This document shows, piece after piece, positions 36,285 through 45,918 of a stretch of DNA of 64,000 nucleotides (the first letter of the stretch is position 1; each line of letters opens with the position of its first letter). Source of the DNA: Syntrophomonadaceae bacterium (GTDB lineage: Bacteria; Bacillota; Dethiobacteria; DTU022); the NCBI GenBank assembly GCA_007121075.1, contig SKMK01000034.1, positions 21,700 to 85,699 of the forward strand, read 5' to 3'. The notes beneath the pieces are model-generated. The model was not told the DNA's origin, made no database searches, and saw only the letters and a program-made list of their open reading frames with translations. Made by a program: the position numbers and the translations under genes.

Positions 36285-37067
36285 TCAACACCCATATCTG
36301 TCAATAGCCATATCGGCCAGTATGTTTCGGACAGCCTCCAGAGGATCCGGGGCCCTGGTAACAGGCCTGCCCACTACGAGGTAATCGCCCCCGGCCCTGA
36401 TCACCTGGGCAGGAGAGGCGATCCGGGACTGGTCGCCCGGGTCCTCGCCGGGACCCCTGATGCCGGGGGTAACCGTTATAAAGGATCCTTTAATATTCTT
36501 TTTAACCGGCTCGACTTCAAGGGGAGAACAAACTACACCATCCAGCCCGCAGTCCCTGCTCAAACCGGCCAGGCGGACCACCCGATCGGCGGCGCTGCCG
36601 GGACAACCGGTTTCAGCCATTTCCCGGTCGTCCATGCTGGTCAATACAGTCACGGCCAGGAGCAGGGGTTTATGGGGCAAACCTTCTACCGCCTCCCGGG
36701 CGGCGGTAAGCATCTTCCTGCCCCCGGCGGCATGGACGTTGAGCATCCACACCCCGTGCGAAGCAGCGGACCTGACCGCGGCAGCCACCGTGTTGGGTAT
36801 ATCATGGAATTTGAGGTCGAGAAAAACCCGGCTTTCCCCGGCCAGTTTTTTAACCAGGGGCGGACCGCCGGCCAGAAACAGCTCCAGGCCCACTTTGAAG
36901 CTAACTCCAAGCGGGGCAAGCAGGTCAACCAGTTCCCCGGCCTGTCCCGGCTCGGAATAATCAAGGCCGATGATCAGCTGTTTTGAAGAAATTCCCGCTC
37001 GCCGACCTGATCCGGTTTTGGGCTTTTTATTATCTGTCACCGCAACCCTTCCTTTCATCTTCTTCAT
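36285..37067 (-). CDS. pyrF: Orotidine 5'-phosphate decarboxylase
   Basis: Motifs LIIGLDYS, DLKFHDIPNTV, VVGRPV. It has a ~30 aa Lys-rich N-terminal extension compared with typical PyrF. Confidence 0.88.
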   Translation of the reverse strand: MKKMKGRVAVTDNKKPKTGSGRRAGISSKQLIIGLDYSEPGQAGELVDLLAPLGVSFKVGLELFLAGGPPLVKKLAGESRVFLDLKFHDIPNTVAAAVRSAASHGVWMLNVHAAGGRKMLTAAREAVEGLPHKPLLLAVTVLTSMDDREMAETGCPGSAADRVVRLAGLSRDCGLDGVVCSPLEVEPVKKNIKGSFITVTPGIRGPGEDPGDQSRIASPAQVIRAGGDYLVVGRPVTRAPDPLEAVRNILADMAIDRYGC

Positions 37068-37157
37068 CTTTTCCAGCCCCTACCCTGCCCGGTTCTGAGT
37101 CATTTAAGGGCACTTCGAAGCTTTCAAATATGCCTGCCTGGGCCTGACGGAAGCAGT

Positions 37158-38090
37158 TCAGGGGCGGGCAGCCCCTTCGATTTCGTGCAGGTTTTTCAGG
37201 CCTTCTTTCTTCATGTATTCCAAAAGGCCGGTTTTGATTTGCGAGGGCAGGTGGGGATCATAAAACAGGCCCGTTCCTACCGCCACCGCCCGGGCCCCGG
37301 CCATGATAAACTGGAGGGCATCGTCGGCCGTGGTAATCCCACCGATGCCCAGGACCGGTATTTTTACCACTTCTGCAACCTGCCAGGCCATTCTCAAGGC
37401 CACCGGCATAACAGCCGGCCCGGAAAGGCCGCCAAAAATATTGCCCAGCAGGGGCTTTTTATGAGCGGTGTCGATCAGCATCCCCGAAATGGTGTTGATC
37501 AGCGAGATGCCGTCGGCACCGGCCTCTTCGGCAGACCGGGCAACGGCGCCGATATCGGCAACATTGGGCGACAACTTGACCAGGAAGGGCAAGGAGGTCT
37601 TGCGCCGCACGGCTGCGACCACCCGCCCGGTTGCAGCCGGATCGGTCCCGAAAGCCATGCCTCCGGCCTTGACATTGGGGCAGGATATATTTAATTCCAG
37701 GCCGTCAATTCCTTCCACCCCTTCCAGCCCGGAAGCCACCCCGGCATATTCTTCGACAGTGCAGCCAACCACATTGACCAGCAGCCTGGGGCCGGGGCCG
37801 CGCAGGCGGGGCAGGTCTTCTTCCAGGAAGCTTTTCAGTCCGGGATTTTGAAGCCCGATCGCATTGAGCATGCCCGAAGGTGTTTCCGCCACCCGCGGAG
37901 GAGGATTGCCTGCCCAGGGCTCCAGTGAAACACCTTTAACTATGATCCCGCCTAAATCTTTAAAACCGGTCAATTCCCGGTACTCATGCCCGTAGCCAAA
38001 TGGGCCCGATGCCGCCAGGATCGGATTTTCCAGGGCAATACCAGCCAGGTCGACTCTTAAATCCGGCTCAAAAATTTTTTCAGCCATCAA
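37158..38090 (-). CDS. pyrD: Dihydroorotate dehydrogenase, class 1B catalytic subunit
   Basis: 310 aa. Motifs NISCPNVKAGG (active-site Cys) and GIGGITTADDA. Overlaps pyrK by 11 nt. Confidence 0.9.
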   Translation of the reverse strand: MMAEKIFEPDLRVDLAGIALENPILAASGPFGYGHEYRELTGFKDLGGIIVKGVSLEPWAGNPPPRVAETPSGMLNAIGLQNPGLKSFLEEDLPRLRGPGPRLLVNVVGCTVEEYAGVASGLEGVEGIDGLELNISCPNVKAGGMAFGTDPAATGRVVAAVRRKTSLPFLVKLSPNVADIGAVARSAEEAGADGISLINTISGMLIDTAHKKPLLGNIFGGLSGPAVMPVALRMAWQVAEVVKIPVLGIGGITTADDALQFIMAGARAVAVGTGLFYDPHLPSQIKTGLLEYMKKEGLKNLHEIEGAARP

Positions 38091-38871
38091 AGATTACCTC
38101 CTCTGCCGGAAAGACCGGGCCGTCCCTGCATACCCGCCTGTACCCGCCGGTTGTGGCCACGGCACAGCCCACACAGGCTCCAATACCGCAGGCCATTCTT
38201 TCCTCCAGTGAAAACCAGGTTTCAATTTTTGCCCGGGAGCAGATTTCTTTGACGGCGGCCAGCATCGGCCGGGGTCCGCAAGCAAAAACCGCCCCTGCTT
38301 TTTCGATCCGGTTGGAAAGAAGATCGGCGGCAGTGCCTTTTACACCCCTGGAGCCGTCATCGGTGGCTTCCATAACACTTAAGCCCGGCAGATCCAGATC
38401 GGTATCGGGACAGACCAGAAATTCGGACGAGCGGGCACAGTAGAGCAGGGTCCGCGGCGCTGCGGTTGATGCTGCCAGAAAAGCAAGGGGGGCAATACCC
38501 GCTCCTCCGGCTACCAGGAGAGACCGGGGCGGCAAGTCCGGGAAGCCGCGTCCCAGGGGACCGAGCAGCTTCAAAGAAACACCCGGGGTAGTTTCTGCAA
38601 GCAGGGCCGTGCCCTTACCCTTGATTTCAATTAGAAGAGAAATTTCGCCGCTCAAAGTGTCCGCCCTGTAAACACTGAAAGGACGGGGCAGCATATTGCT
38701 CTGCCCGGGAGACATAAATACTTGCACGAACTGCCCGGGTTTGACAGAACAGGCTAGATCAGGCGCATAAAAGCTCAGCCGGAAAAACCCGGATCCAATA
38801 GGCCGGTTATCTAAAACTGGGCAGCTTTCCTGCCGGTATTTACCCCTGGAATTCTCTTTCAGCCACAACAC
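38080..38871 (-). CDS. pyrK: Dihydroorotate dehydrogenase electron-transfer subunit (FAD/[2Fe-2S])
   Basis: 263 aa. C-terminal cluster motif CGIGACVGCAV...C. Its position between pyrC and pyrD fits a class 1B DHOD. Confidence 0.85.
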   Translation of the reverse strand: MLWLKENSRGKYRQESCPVLDNRPIGSGFFRLSFYAPDLACSVKPGQFVQVFMSPGQSNMLPRPFSVYRADTLSGEISLLIEIKGKGTALLAETTPGVSLKLLGPLGRGFPDLPPRSLLVAGGAGIAPLAFLAASTAAPRTLLYCARSSEFLVCPDTDLDLPGLSVMEATDDGSRGVKGTAADLLSNRIEKAGAVFACGPRPMLAAVKEICSRAKIETWFSLEERMACGIGACVGCAVATTGGYRRVCRDGPVFPAEEVIFDG

Positions 38872-40159
38872 CTTCTTTCATGGTTATCTCGCCCCCGACA
38901 ATAGTATAGACCGGCGCCCCCTTGAGGTGCTTACCGGCAAAGGGAGTGTTGCGTGATTTGGAATACCATTTTTCAGGGTCGATAATAAATTCGCGGTCCA
39001 GGTCGATGATGGTCACGTCGCCCGGGCTGCCCGCTTCCAGGGTGCCGCCGGGAAGATCAAGGATTCTGGCCGGTGCACTGGTCAGCTTTTCCACCAGCAG
39101 GGGCAGGAAAAAATCTTTGACCCTGCCGGAAGACAATTCGTCCAGGAGGAGCGGCAAAGTGGTTTCCAGGCCGGCTATCCCGCAGGGGGCAAAGTCATAT
39201 TCAACATCTTTGTCATCCGGGTGGTGAGGGGCATGATCCGAGGCAATAGCGTCGATGGTCCCGTCGAGCAAACCCGACCACAGGGCCTGGCGATCATTTT
39301 CGGTCCTTAGAGGGGGATTGACCTTGGTATTGGTGTTGTAACCGGAATTCTTGACCAGACGGTCGGTAAGTAAAAGGTGATGGGGGGTAACCTCGGCAGT
39401 TACGTTTAAACCTTCAGCTTTGGCGCGGCGCAGCATTTCCACGGACCCGGCGGAGGAAACATGGGCAATGTGGAGCCTGCCGCCCGTAATCTTCAAGATC
39501 AACAGATCGCGGCTGATCATGGCTTCTTCAGCCGCTGAAGGAATACCCCTTAACCCCAGCACAGAAGAGACAGTTCCTTCATGCATCATTCCCCCGGCAG
39601 AAAGGTAGGGGTCTTCTTCATGGGCGATGACCACAGTCCCGATCCCCGAAGCATAATGCAGGGCGTTGCGCATCATCATACCACTCTTTACCGGCCTGCC
39701 GTCGTCGGAAAAAGCAGCCGCCCCGGCCAGTTTCATCCGGCCGAGCTCGGCCATTTCCCTGCCTTCCAGGCCCCTGGTCAGGGCCCCAATCGGATAAACC
39801 CTGGCCGCTGCTCCGGACGCTTTCCTGCGTACATATCCGATCATGGAAGGATCGTCACCGACCGGATCAGTATTGGCCATCACCGCCACGGCGGTAAACC
39901 CGCCCGCTGCGGCCGCCCTGGCTCCGGAAGGAATATCTTCTTTATATTCCTGGCCGGGATCGCGCAGGTGGACGTGAATGTCGATCAAACCAGGGGTTAC
40001 GACCAGTCCGGCGGCATCGATTTCCTCCGCCCCGGTTGGGGTTTTGAGGGCCGGTTCCACTTTTTCCACGATCCCGTCTGTGATTAACACATCGGCAGTT
40101 TGATCATAGCTGCGGGCCGGGTCAATGACCCTGCCCCCTTTAATTAAGAGCTGTTTCAT
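38840..40159 (-). CDS. pyrC: Dihydroorotase
   Basis: 439 aa. Motifs DIHVHLRDPG and ASDHAPH. Confidence 0.9.
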   Translation of the reverse strand: MKQLLIKGGRVIDPARSYDQTADVLITDGIVEKVEPALKTPTGAEEIDAAGLVVTPGLIDIHVHLRDPGQEYKEDIPSGARAAAAGGFTAVAVMANTDPVGDDPSMIGYVRRKASGAAARVYPIGALTRGLEGREMAELGRMKLAGAAAFSDDGRPVKSGMMMRNALHYASGIGTVVIAHEEDPYLSAGGMMHEGTVSSVLGLRGIPSAAEEAMISRDLLILKITGGRLHIAHVSSAGSVEMLRRAKAEGLNVTAEVTPHHLLLTDRLVKNSGYNTNTKVNPPLRTENDRQALWSGLLDGTIDAIASDHAPHHPDDKDVEYDFAPCGIAGLETTLPLLLDELSSGRVKDFFLPLLVEKLTSAPARILDLPGGTLEAGSPGDVTIIDLDREFIIDPEKWYSKSRNTPFAGKHLKGAPVYTIVGGEITMKEGVVAEREFQG

Positions 40160-41088
40160 TGTTCCTTTGTCCCTCCCAGCAAAAGATAGAGAAGTGCCAT
40201 CCGGACGGCAACACCTGAAGCGGCCTGCTCGAGGACGACAGAACGGGGGCCATCGGCCAGTTCGGAGCTGATTTCGATGCCCCGGTTCATCGGGCCGGGA
40301 TGCATAACCAGGGCATCTTCCTTAGCCCGGGCCATCTTCTGCGGTGTTATTCCGTACAGTTCAGCATATTCGCGCATGCTCGGGAAGAGCCCGCTTTCCT
40401 GGCGCTCCTGCTGCAGCCTGAGGGCCATTACCACGTCGGCACCTTCAACCGCTTCTTCCAGGTCAGTATAATATTTGACTCCGAATACATCCAGGTCCGG
40501 GGGCATTAGAGTTGGAGGCCCGGAAACAACCACCTCTGAACCCATCTTCTGCAGGCCCCACAGGTTGGAGCGGGCCACCCGGCTGTGACGGATATCGCCG
40601 ACAATGGTAACCTTCAGTTCTTCCAGCCGCCCTTTCTTTTCCCAGATGGTAAACATATCAAGCAGGCCCTGGGTGGGGTGCTCATGCATACCGTCACCGG
40701 CATTGATGACCGATGCTTCCACGTTTCGGGCCAAATAATGAGAAGACCCGGAAACCGGGTGCCTCATGATCACACATTCAATGCCCATTATCTCGACGTT
40801 GCGGACCGTGTCTTTCAGTGTTTCTCCCTTGATCAAACTAGAAGAAGATCCGGCCACGCTGACCGAATCAGAGCTCATGTACTTCTGGGCCAGCTCAAAA
40901 CTGGCCTTGGTCCTGGTACTGGGTTCATAAAATAAGTTCAATACAGAACGGCCACGCAGGGTGGGCACTTTTTTGATTTTCCGCTGCATAATTTCCCGCA
41001 TGGAACGGGATGTTTCCAGGATCAGGGTTATTTCTTCGGCAGAAATTTCTTCCAATCCCAAAATGTCTTTGCGCCTTAAAGTCTGCAC
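40156..41088 (-). CDS. pyrB: Aspartate carbamoyltransferase catalytic subunit
   Basis: 310 aa. Motifs STRTKASFE, HPTQGLLD, HPGPMNRG. Confidence 0.92.
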   Translation of the reverse strand: MQTLRRKDILGLEEISAEEITLILETSRSMREIMQRKIKKVPTLRGRSVLNLFYEPSTRTKASFELAQKYMSSDSVSVAGSSSSLIKGETLKDTVRNVEIMGIECVIMRHPVSGSSHYLARNVEASVINAGDGMHEHPTQGLLDMFTIWEKKGRLEELKVTIVGDIRHSRVARSNLWGLQKMGSEVVVSGPPTLMPPDLDVFGVKYYTDLEEAVEGADVVMALRLQQERQESGLFPSMREYAELYGITPQKMARAKEDALVMHPGPMNRGIEISSELADGPRSVVLEQAASGVAVRMALLYLLLGGTKEQ

Positions 41089-41141
41089 CTGGCAAATACC
41101 TCCTCCGGCAATAAGCTTACAGGAAGCCCTTTCAGATATAA

Positions 41142-41693
<552 letters not shown>

Positions 41694-41753
41694 CTAATCA
41701 CCTCCTTCCCCGCCCCGCCGGGAAGCAGTGGGCGGAAGGATCCCGGGCGCATT

Positions 41754-41831
41754 AAAAAACCGCCCGAAGCAGTGGGAGCGGGCGGTACATGTATTCTGAA
41801 ACTGTCGCTCCCTTGCCAGCCTCACAGGACT
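41754..41831 (-). promoter_or_regulatory. PyrR-dependent transcription attenuator (binding loop + intrinsic terminator) in the pyr leader
   Basis: The minus strand reads AGTCCTGTGAGGCT (41818-41831), against the PyrR box ARUCCAGAGAGGYU. It is flanked by a CCCTT/AAGGG stem. Then comes terminator CCGCCCG-N12-CGGGCGG (41760-41785) plus TTTTTT (41754-41759), about 60 nt before the pyrR ATG. Confidence 0.75.
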
Positions 41832-42066
41832 ATCCTTAAAGGGTGCCTGACTGTAAAAAGTGTAGCACCTAACAGGAACCCTGTCAAACTTTTTCTGTTC
41901 CTGCTCCTTTGCCGTTACCTTTCTCCGCAGGGAACGGCATTTCCTTTTTCAACTGCCGCAAAAAACGGTGTGTTCTATAATTTCCGCTTAAACCGGTGAC
42001 ATATAAGCTTCAAGAGCCTATCCTGCGGGTTTTACTTTTAGCTCTCCATTTGGTTTTCTTCCGGGT

Positions 42067-43365
42067 TTAATCCTGATCATCGTTATCATCCTCCGGCCCA
42101 GACTGTTCATTTTGATCAGGGCCGTTTTCGGGTTCCTTTTCCTGCTCCCCGGGATCTTTGTTTTCGTCCGGTTTTTCAGGATCTCCTGGATCTTCAGGAT
42201 CCCCGGGATCTTTGTCTTCGTCCCCGGGGTCCTCTTCTCCGTTTTGTTCCGGATCAGGTTCCGGCTCTTCTTTTTGATCTTCATCGGGTTCAGGATCCGG
42301 CTCCGGCAATGGTTCCGGTTCTGGCTCCGGCTCCGGTTCTTCGGGTTCGGGGGCAACCGGACCGGGGAGGGTAACCTGGGCTTTCTGCTCAACCGTAACC
42401 CCAAAAATCCGTTCAATAATATTCACCCGTTCCGTTTCATCGATGACCAGGTACCAGATATTTTGCCCATCCCGGTAAGAAAGCTGGCCGCTCCCGCTGA
42501 AAACAGCGGTCTCAATATCGGCCGGATCAACACGCAGGCCAAACAGGCCCAGGCCCAGGAGCTGGGGCAGGCTGAGATCGGTATCTACGTTGCCTTTAAC
42601 GGCCAGGAAAAGGCCTGGAAGGCGGGGAATATTGGCCGGTCTTTTAAACTGTTCAAATAATGCGATCAGGATGTTCTGCTGCCGTTCGGTGCGGCCCCGT
42701 TCGCCGCCCTGGAAACCGGCCCTGTTGCGGACGTAATCCATAAATTTTCTGCCGTCAAGACGCTGGTATCCCTCTTCAACCAGCAGCCGGCCGGTTCCGA
42801 ATTCATCGCGCACTTCAATTTCGACATCGTAATAGATGCCGCCGATACTATCTATAATCGTTTCTGCACCTTTAATATCAACAACCACATGGCCGTGCAG
42901 GGGCACGTCGCCCAAAAAGTCTACTATGGTGTTAAGAGTGGTGTCAATTCCGCTCCGGTAGCGGTTTTCTCCTTGCCCGGCCCGGTAATGGCCGTACATA
43001 AATGAATGGTTAATTTTGTCGTAAGTGCCCGTACCGTAAATTTCCACATAACTGTCGCGGGGAATGCTGACCATGGACACTTCGCCGGAGCGGAAATTAA
43101 AAGCTGCAATTAAGATTGTATCGGGACGGTATATATTCTGCTCTTTGTCGGGTGAAACGGTCCCGTCAAAACCAAGCAGGGCGATATTGACCGTTTCACC
43201 GCTTAAAAAACCGGGACCGGCCGCAGGCGAACCGAACAGCAGGGCCGGGAAAAAAGCGATCACCGTCCCTGCGGCCAATATCAATATCAGCGCTATAAGA
43301 GCCAGCTTAAAAAAAGAAAACTTCTGTTTCTTATCTTTCTTCATGCTCCTGTTTTTCCTGCTCAT
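42067..43365 (-). CDS. LytR-CpsA-Psr (LCP) family cell-wall glycopolymer ligase with ~95 aa acidic Pro/Glu/Asp tail
   Basis: 432 aa. N-terminal TM helix, and LCP core NIALLGFDG...RPDTILIAAFNFRSGEVSMVSIPRDSYVEI. The C-terminal tail starts APEPEEPEPEPEPEP. Confidence 0.85.
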   Translation of the reverse strand: MSRKNRSMKKDKKQKFSFFKLALIALILILAAGTVIAFFPALLFGSPAAGPGFLSGETVNIALLGFDGTVSPDKEQNIYRPDTILIAAFNFRSGEVSMVSIPRDSYVEIYGTGTYDKINHSFMYGHYRAGQGENRYRSGIDTTLNTIVDFLGDVPLHGHVVVDIKGAETIIDSIGGIYYDVEIEVRDEFGTGRLLVEEGYQRLDGRKFMDYVRNRAGFQGGERGRTERQQNILIALFEQFKRPANIPRLPGLFLAVKGNVDTDLSLPQLLGLGLFGLRVDPADIETAVFSGSGQLSYRDGQNIWYLVIDETERVNIIERIFGVTVEQKAQVTLPGPVAPEPEEPEPEPEPEPLPEPDPEPDEDQKEEPEPDPEQNGEEDPGDEDKDPGDPEDPGDPEKPDENKDPGEQEKEPENGPDQNEQSGPEDDNDDQD

Positions 43366-43439
43366 GGGGTTTACCGCCTTTGTGTTTGATGTCCGTACAG
43401 GACCGGGTAACCCGGCCGGCCTGGGATTGTTTTTAGCTT

Positions 43440-44042
43440 TTAAAATGTACTGACTTTATCTACCGGAAAAAAGCGCAGGACCACCCGGCCCTGGATATTG
43501 CTGATCGGAACCGGGCCGATCTGCCTGCTGTCACTGCTCCGGTTCCGGTTATCGCCCATGATATAAATATGATCTTCAGGGACTTCAACCGGATCAAAAC
43601 CGGAGCTCATCTCCCCGGCAACATAATCTTCTTCCAGCCTGCTGCCATTGCGGTAGACGTAGCCGTCTTTGTATTCGAGTTTATCGCCGGGCAGGCCGAC
43701 CACTCTTTTGATCCAGAGATGTTCGTTATACTCGCCCATAATAATTGATATGATCGGGTTTTCCCTGATTCTGTCCTCAAAGGTCCGTTCATTGTCCACC
43801 CTGCTGTCGACGATCAGGATATCGCCGTGATCCGGTTCGGCGTTAAAAATATAGGGAGTTAAAAAGACCAGGACCCGGTTTCCCTGCCGATCGAAAGTCG
43901 GTTCCATGGAAACGTCGTTGATGTTGTAAGTCTGGACGATCAGGGTGCTGATCAGCAAAGTGGCGACGATAATGAGCAGGAGCTGTTTGACCCAGTAAAT
44001 CGCCGCGGAAATGTTTCTCGGGGTGTTCTGTGTTTCACTCAT
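43440..44042 (-). CDS. lepB: Signal peptidase I
   Basis: 200 aa. Catalytic Ser box SMEPTF, Lys box, GDNRNRSSDSR. N-terminal TM anchor. Confidence 0.9.
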   Translation of the reverse strand: MSETQNTPRNISAAIYWVKQLLLIIVATLLISTLIVQTYNINDVSMEPTFDRQGNRVLVFLTPYIFNAEPDHGDILIVDSRVDNERTFEDRIRENPIISIIMGEYNEHLWIKRVVGLPGDKLEYKDGYVYRNGSRLEEDYVAGEMSSGFDPVEVPEDHIYIMGDNRNRSSDSRQIGPVPISNIQGRVVLRFFPVDKVSTF

Positions 44043-44140
44043 ATCCGGGTTTCCCTCTCATTCCCATTAATTTAATCCTTATAGATTATAGCATTGAAAA
44101 AAGAATAATGTCAGGGGTGTAATTGGCACTTAATTAGCAA

Positions 44141-44170
44141 GAAAGCCCGGGAATCGAGCCGGGCCGCTTT
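44141..44170 (-). terminator. Possible intrinsic terminator after the response-regulator gene
   Basis: On the minus strand, GCCCGG-N8-CCGGGC (44145-44164) is followed by TTTC. The U-tract is short, so it may be weak or leaky. Confidence 0.4.
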
Positions 44171-44197
44171 ATCCTGTAAAATCTGGGATGTTTATCA

Positions 44198-44833
44198 TTA
44201 TTCCACCAGTTTGTTGTTGATGGCGTAAATGGCCAACTGGGTACGGTCATGTAAATCCAGTTTCTCCAGCAGATGGGTGACATGGGTTTTAACGGTGCGT
44301 TCGCTGATATATAAATCCTCTGCAATCTTCCGATTGCTGAAGCCGCGGGCGATCAAGTGCAGTACTTCCATTTCCCGCGGGCTGATCTGCTTCCGCTCTT
44401 CCTTCTCTTTTTTACCGGCCTGCATTTCCTGCATCATTTTGGACGCAGCCATCGGGTGAAGGGTTGGTTTCCCAGATGCGGCACTGCGGATAGCATTCGC
44501 CAGCTCCGAAGCCGAAACATCTTTGAGCAAATAAGAAAGGGCCCCTGCCCTAACCGCCGGCAAAACCAGATCGTCTTCGGCCTTGCTGGTCAAGACCACC
44601 ACTTTTGAACCAGGACTGGCTTCGAGGCAGAACCTGGTCCCTTCCACCCCATCCACGTCAGGCATAATCAGGTCCATCAAAATGACATCGGGGTTTAGCT
44701 TTCCGGCCAGCAGGGCCGCTTCCCCGCCATCTGCCGCTTCTCCGGCAACTTCGATGTCGTCTTCCACTTCCAGGTAGTACTTCAGGCCTTCCCGGACCAT
44801 GCCATGGTCGTCTACCAGCATTACCCTGATCAT
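44198..44833 (-). CDS. NarL/LuxR-family response regulator (LiaR/VraR-like)
   Basis: Receiver domain (VMLVDDH, DVILMDLIMP) plus a C-terminal LuxR HTH (ISPREMEVLHLIARGFSNRKIAEDLYISERTVKTHV). Overlaps the kinase gene by 4 nt. Confidence 0.9.
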   Translation of the reverse strand: MIRVMLVDDHGMVREGLKYYLEVEDDIEVAGEAADGGEAALLAGKLNPDVILMDLIMPDVDGVEGTRFCLEASPGSKVVVLTSKAEDDLVLPAVRAGALSYLLKDVSASELANAIRSAASGKPTLHPMAASKMMQEMQAGKKEKEERKQISPREMEVLHLIARGFSNRKIAEDLYISERTVKTHVTHLLEKLDLHDRTQLAIYAINNKLVE

Positions 44834-45918
44834 TGCTGTTTTCCCCTTTCATTGTGATCCGGCCCTTCTTCAGGCACCGTTATGGCAACCATTGTCCCCT
44901 GGCAGGGAGCACTTTCTATTTCCAGACTCCCACCAATCGATTTTACCCGTTCGCTAATCCCGGACAGGCCGACTGCTGTAGGACGAATACGGCTTTCCGG
45001 GTTAAAACCGGACCCGTCATCATTGATTTCCATTTTGATACCTTGTCCAACCTGGGCCAGGCGAACTGCAATTTTTTTCGCACTGGCATGCTTGCTGACA
45101 TTGTTCAGGGCTTCCTGGGCGATGCGAAACAGGCTTTCTCCGATCAAGCCTCCCGGGCGCACGGATGGATCTATGTCGGTTGTAACCAGCCAGCCTTCAC
45201 GTTCTGCCGTTTTGTTGACATACTCTTCCAGTGCGGCCCCCAGCCCTTCATTTTCCAGGGTAACCGGCCTGATCTGGAGGATCAACTCCCGGGTCTGGCT
45301 GTGGGCCTGCCTGGCAAGCTGCTCAAGCTTTTCCATTTCAGCAGATAGCTGCCTGCTCCCGGAGGTTTTATCCCCTTCTAATTCATCTTTTTCCAGGCGC
45401 TTTTTAAGGGCTGCAGCGCGCATTGCCAGCACAAATAATTGCTGGTTGACCGTATCATGCAAATCACGGGCCAGGCGCATCCTTTCTTCAAGGGCCGCTC
45501 CCCGGCCGGCCTCTTCGCCTAGACGCCGGTTCTGCTCGGCCATTTCCCGCAGTGATCCGACCGCATTTTCCAGCTGGCCGGCCATGTGGTTAAGCTGTTC
45601 TTCCAGCCAGCCCACTTCATCCCGCAGGCCAACTTCGACCCGGACCCGGAAATCTCCCCGGGCTATCCGGCCGGCCATTCGCCCCGCTTCCCACAGTCTC
45701 AGTTTAACAGAACGGGCAATCAGAGATCCGGCAACCGCACCAAACAGCCCCACCAGGATACCGGCTCCGAAGCCGAGGGCCATAGAGGCATACAGGTCCA
45801 GGCCATAGTATTTCCCAAGCTGGTAAACAGCCAGCGCCACCAGTGGACTGCCGGCGCCGACCAGGATATAGATATAGGCCTGCCGCCACTGCAGGCCTAA
45901 TGTGCGTTCACTTTTCAA
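44830..45918 (-). CDS. HisKA_3-type sensor histidine kinase (LiaS/VraS-like; 2 TM + HAMP)
   Basis: 362 aa. H-box LARDLHDTVNQQLF, N-box EALNNVSKHA, G-box DDGSGF. Overlaps the upstream LiaF-like gene by 4 nt. Confidence 0.9.
   Translation of the reverse strand: MKSERTLGLQWRQAYIYILVGAGSPLVALAVYQLGKYYGLDLYASMALGFGAGILVGLFGAVAGSLIARSVKLRLWEAGRMAGRIARGDFRVRVEVGLRDEVGWLEEQLNHMAGQLENAVGSLREMAEQNRRLGEEAGRGAALEERMRLARDLHDTVNQQLFVLAMRAAALKKRLEKDELEGDKTSGSRQLSAEMEKLEQLARQAHSQTRELILQIRPVTLENEGLGAALEEYVNKTAEREGWLVTTDIDPSVRPGGLIGESLFRIAQEALNNVSKHASAKKIAVRLAQVGQGIKMEINDDGSGFNPESRIRPTAVGLSGISERVKSIGGSLEIESAPCQGTMVAITVPEEGPDHNERGKQQ

Noticed and set aside
42018-42660. ORFs 42018-42416 (-) and 42112-42660 (+) over the LCP tail
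   Set aside because: These are alternative-frame or antisense readings of the PE/PD-encoding low-complexity DNA. Repetitive GC-skewed codons keep all frames open.
44882-45808. 308 aa plus-strand ORF across the histidine kinase gene
   Set aside because: Antisense shadow ORF, Ser/Arg/Pro-rich, with no start context. The kinase motifs on the minus strand are unambiguous.
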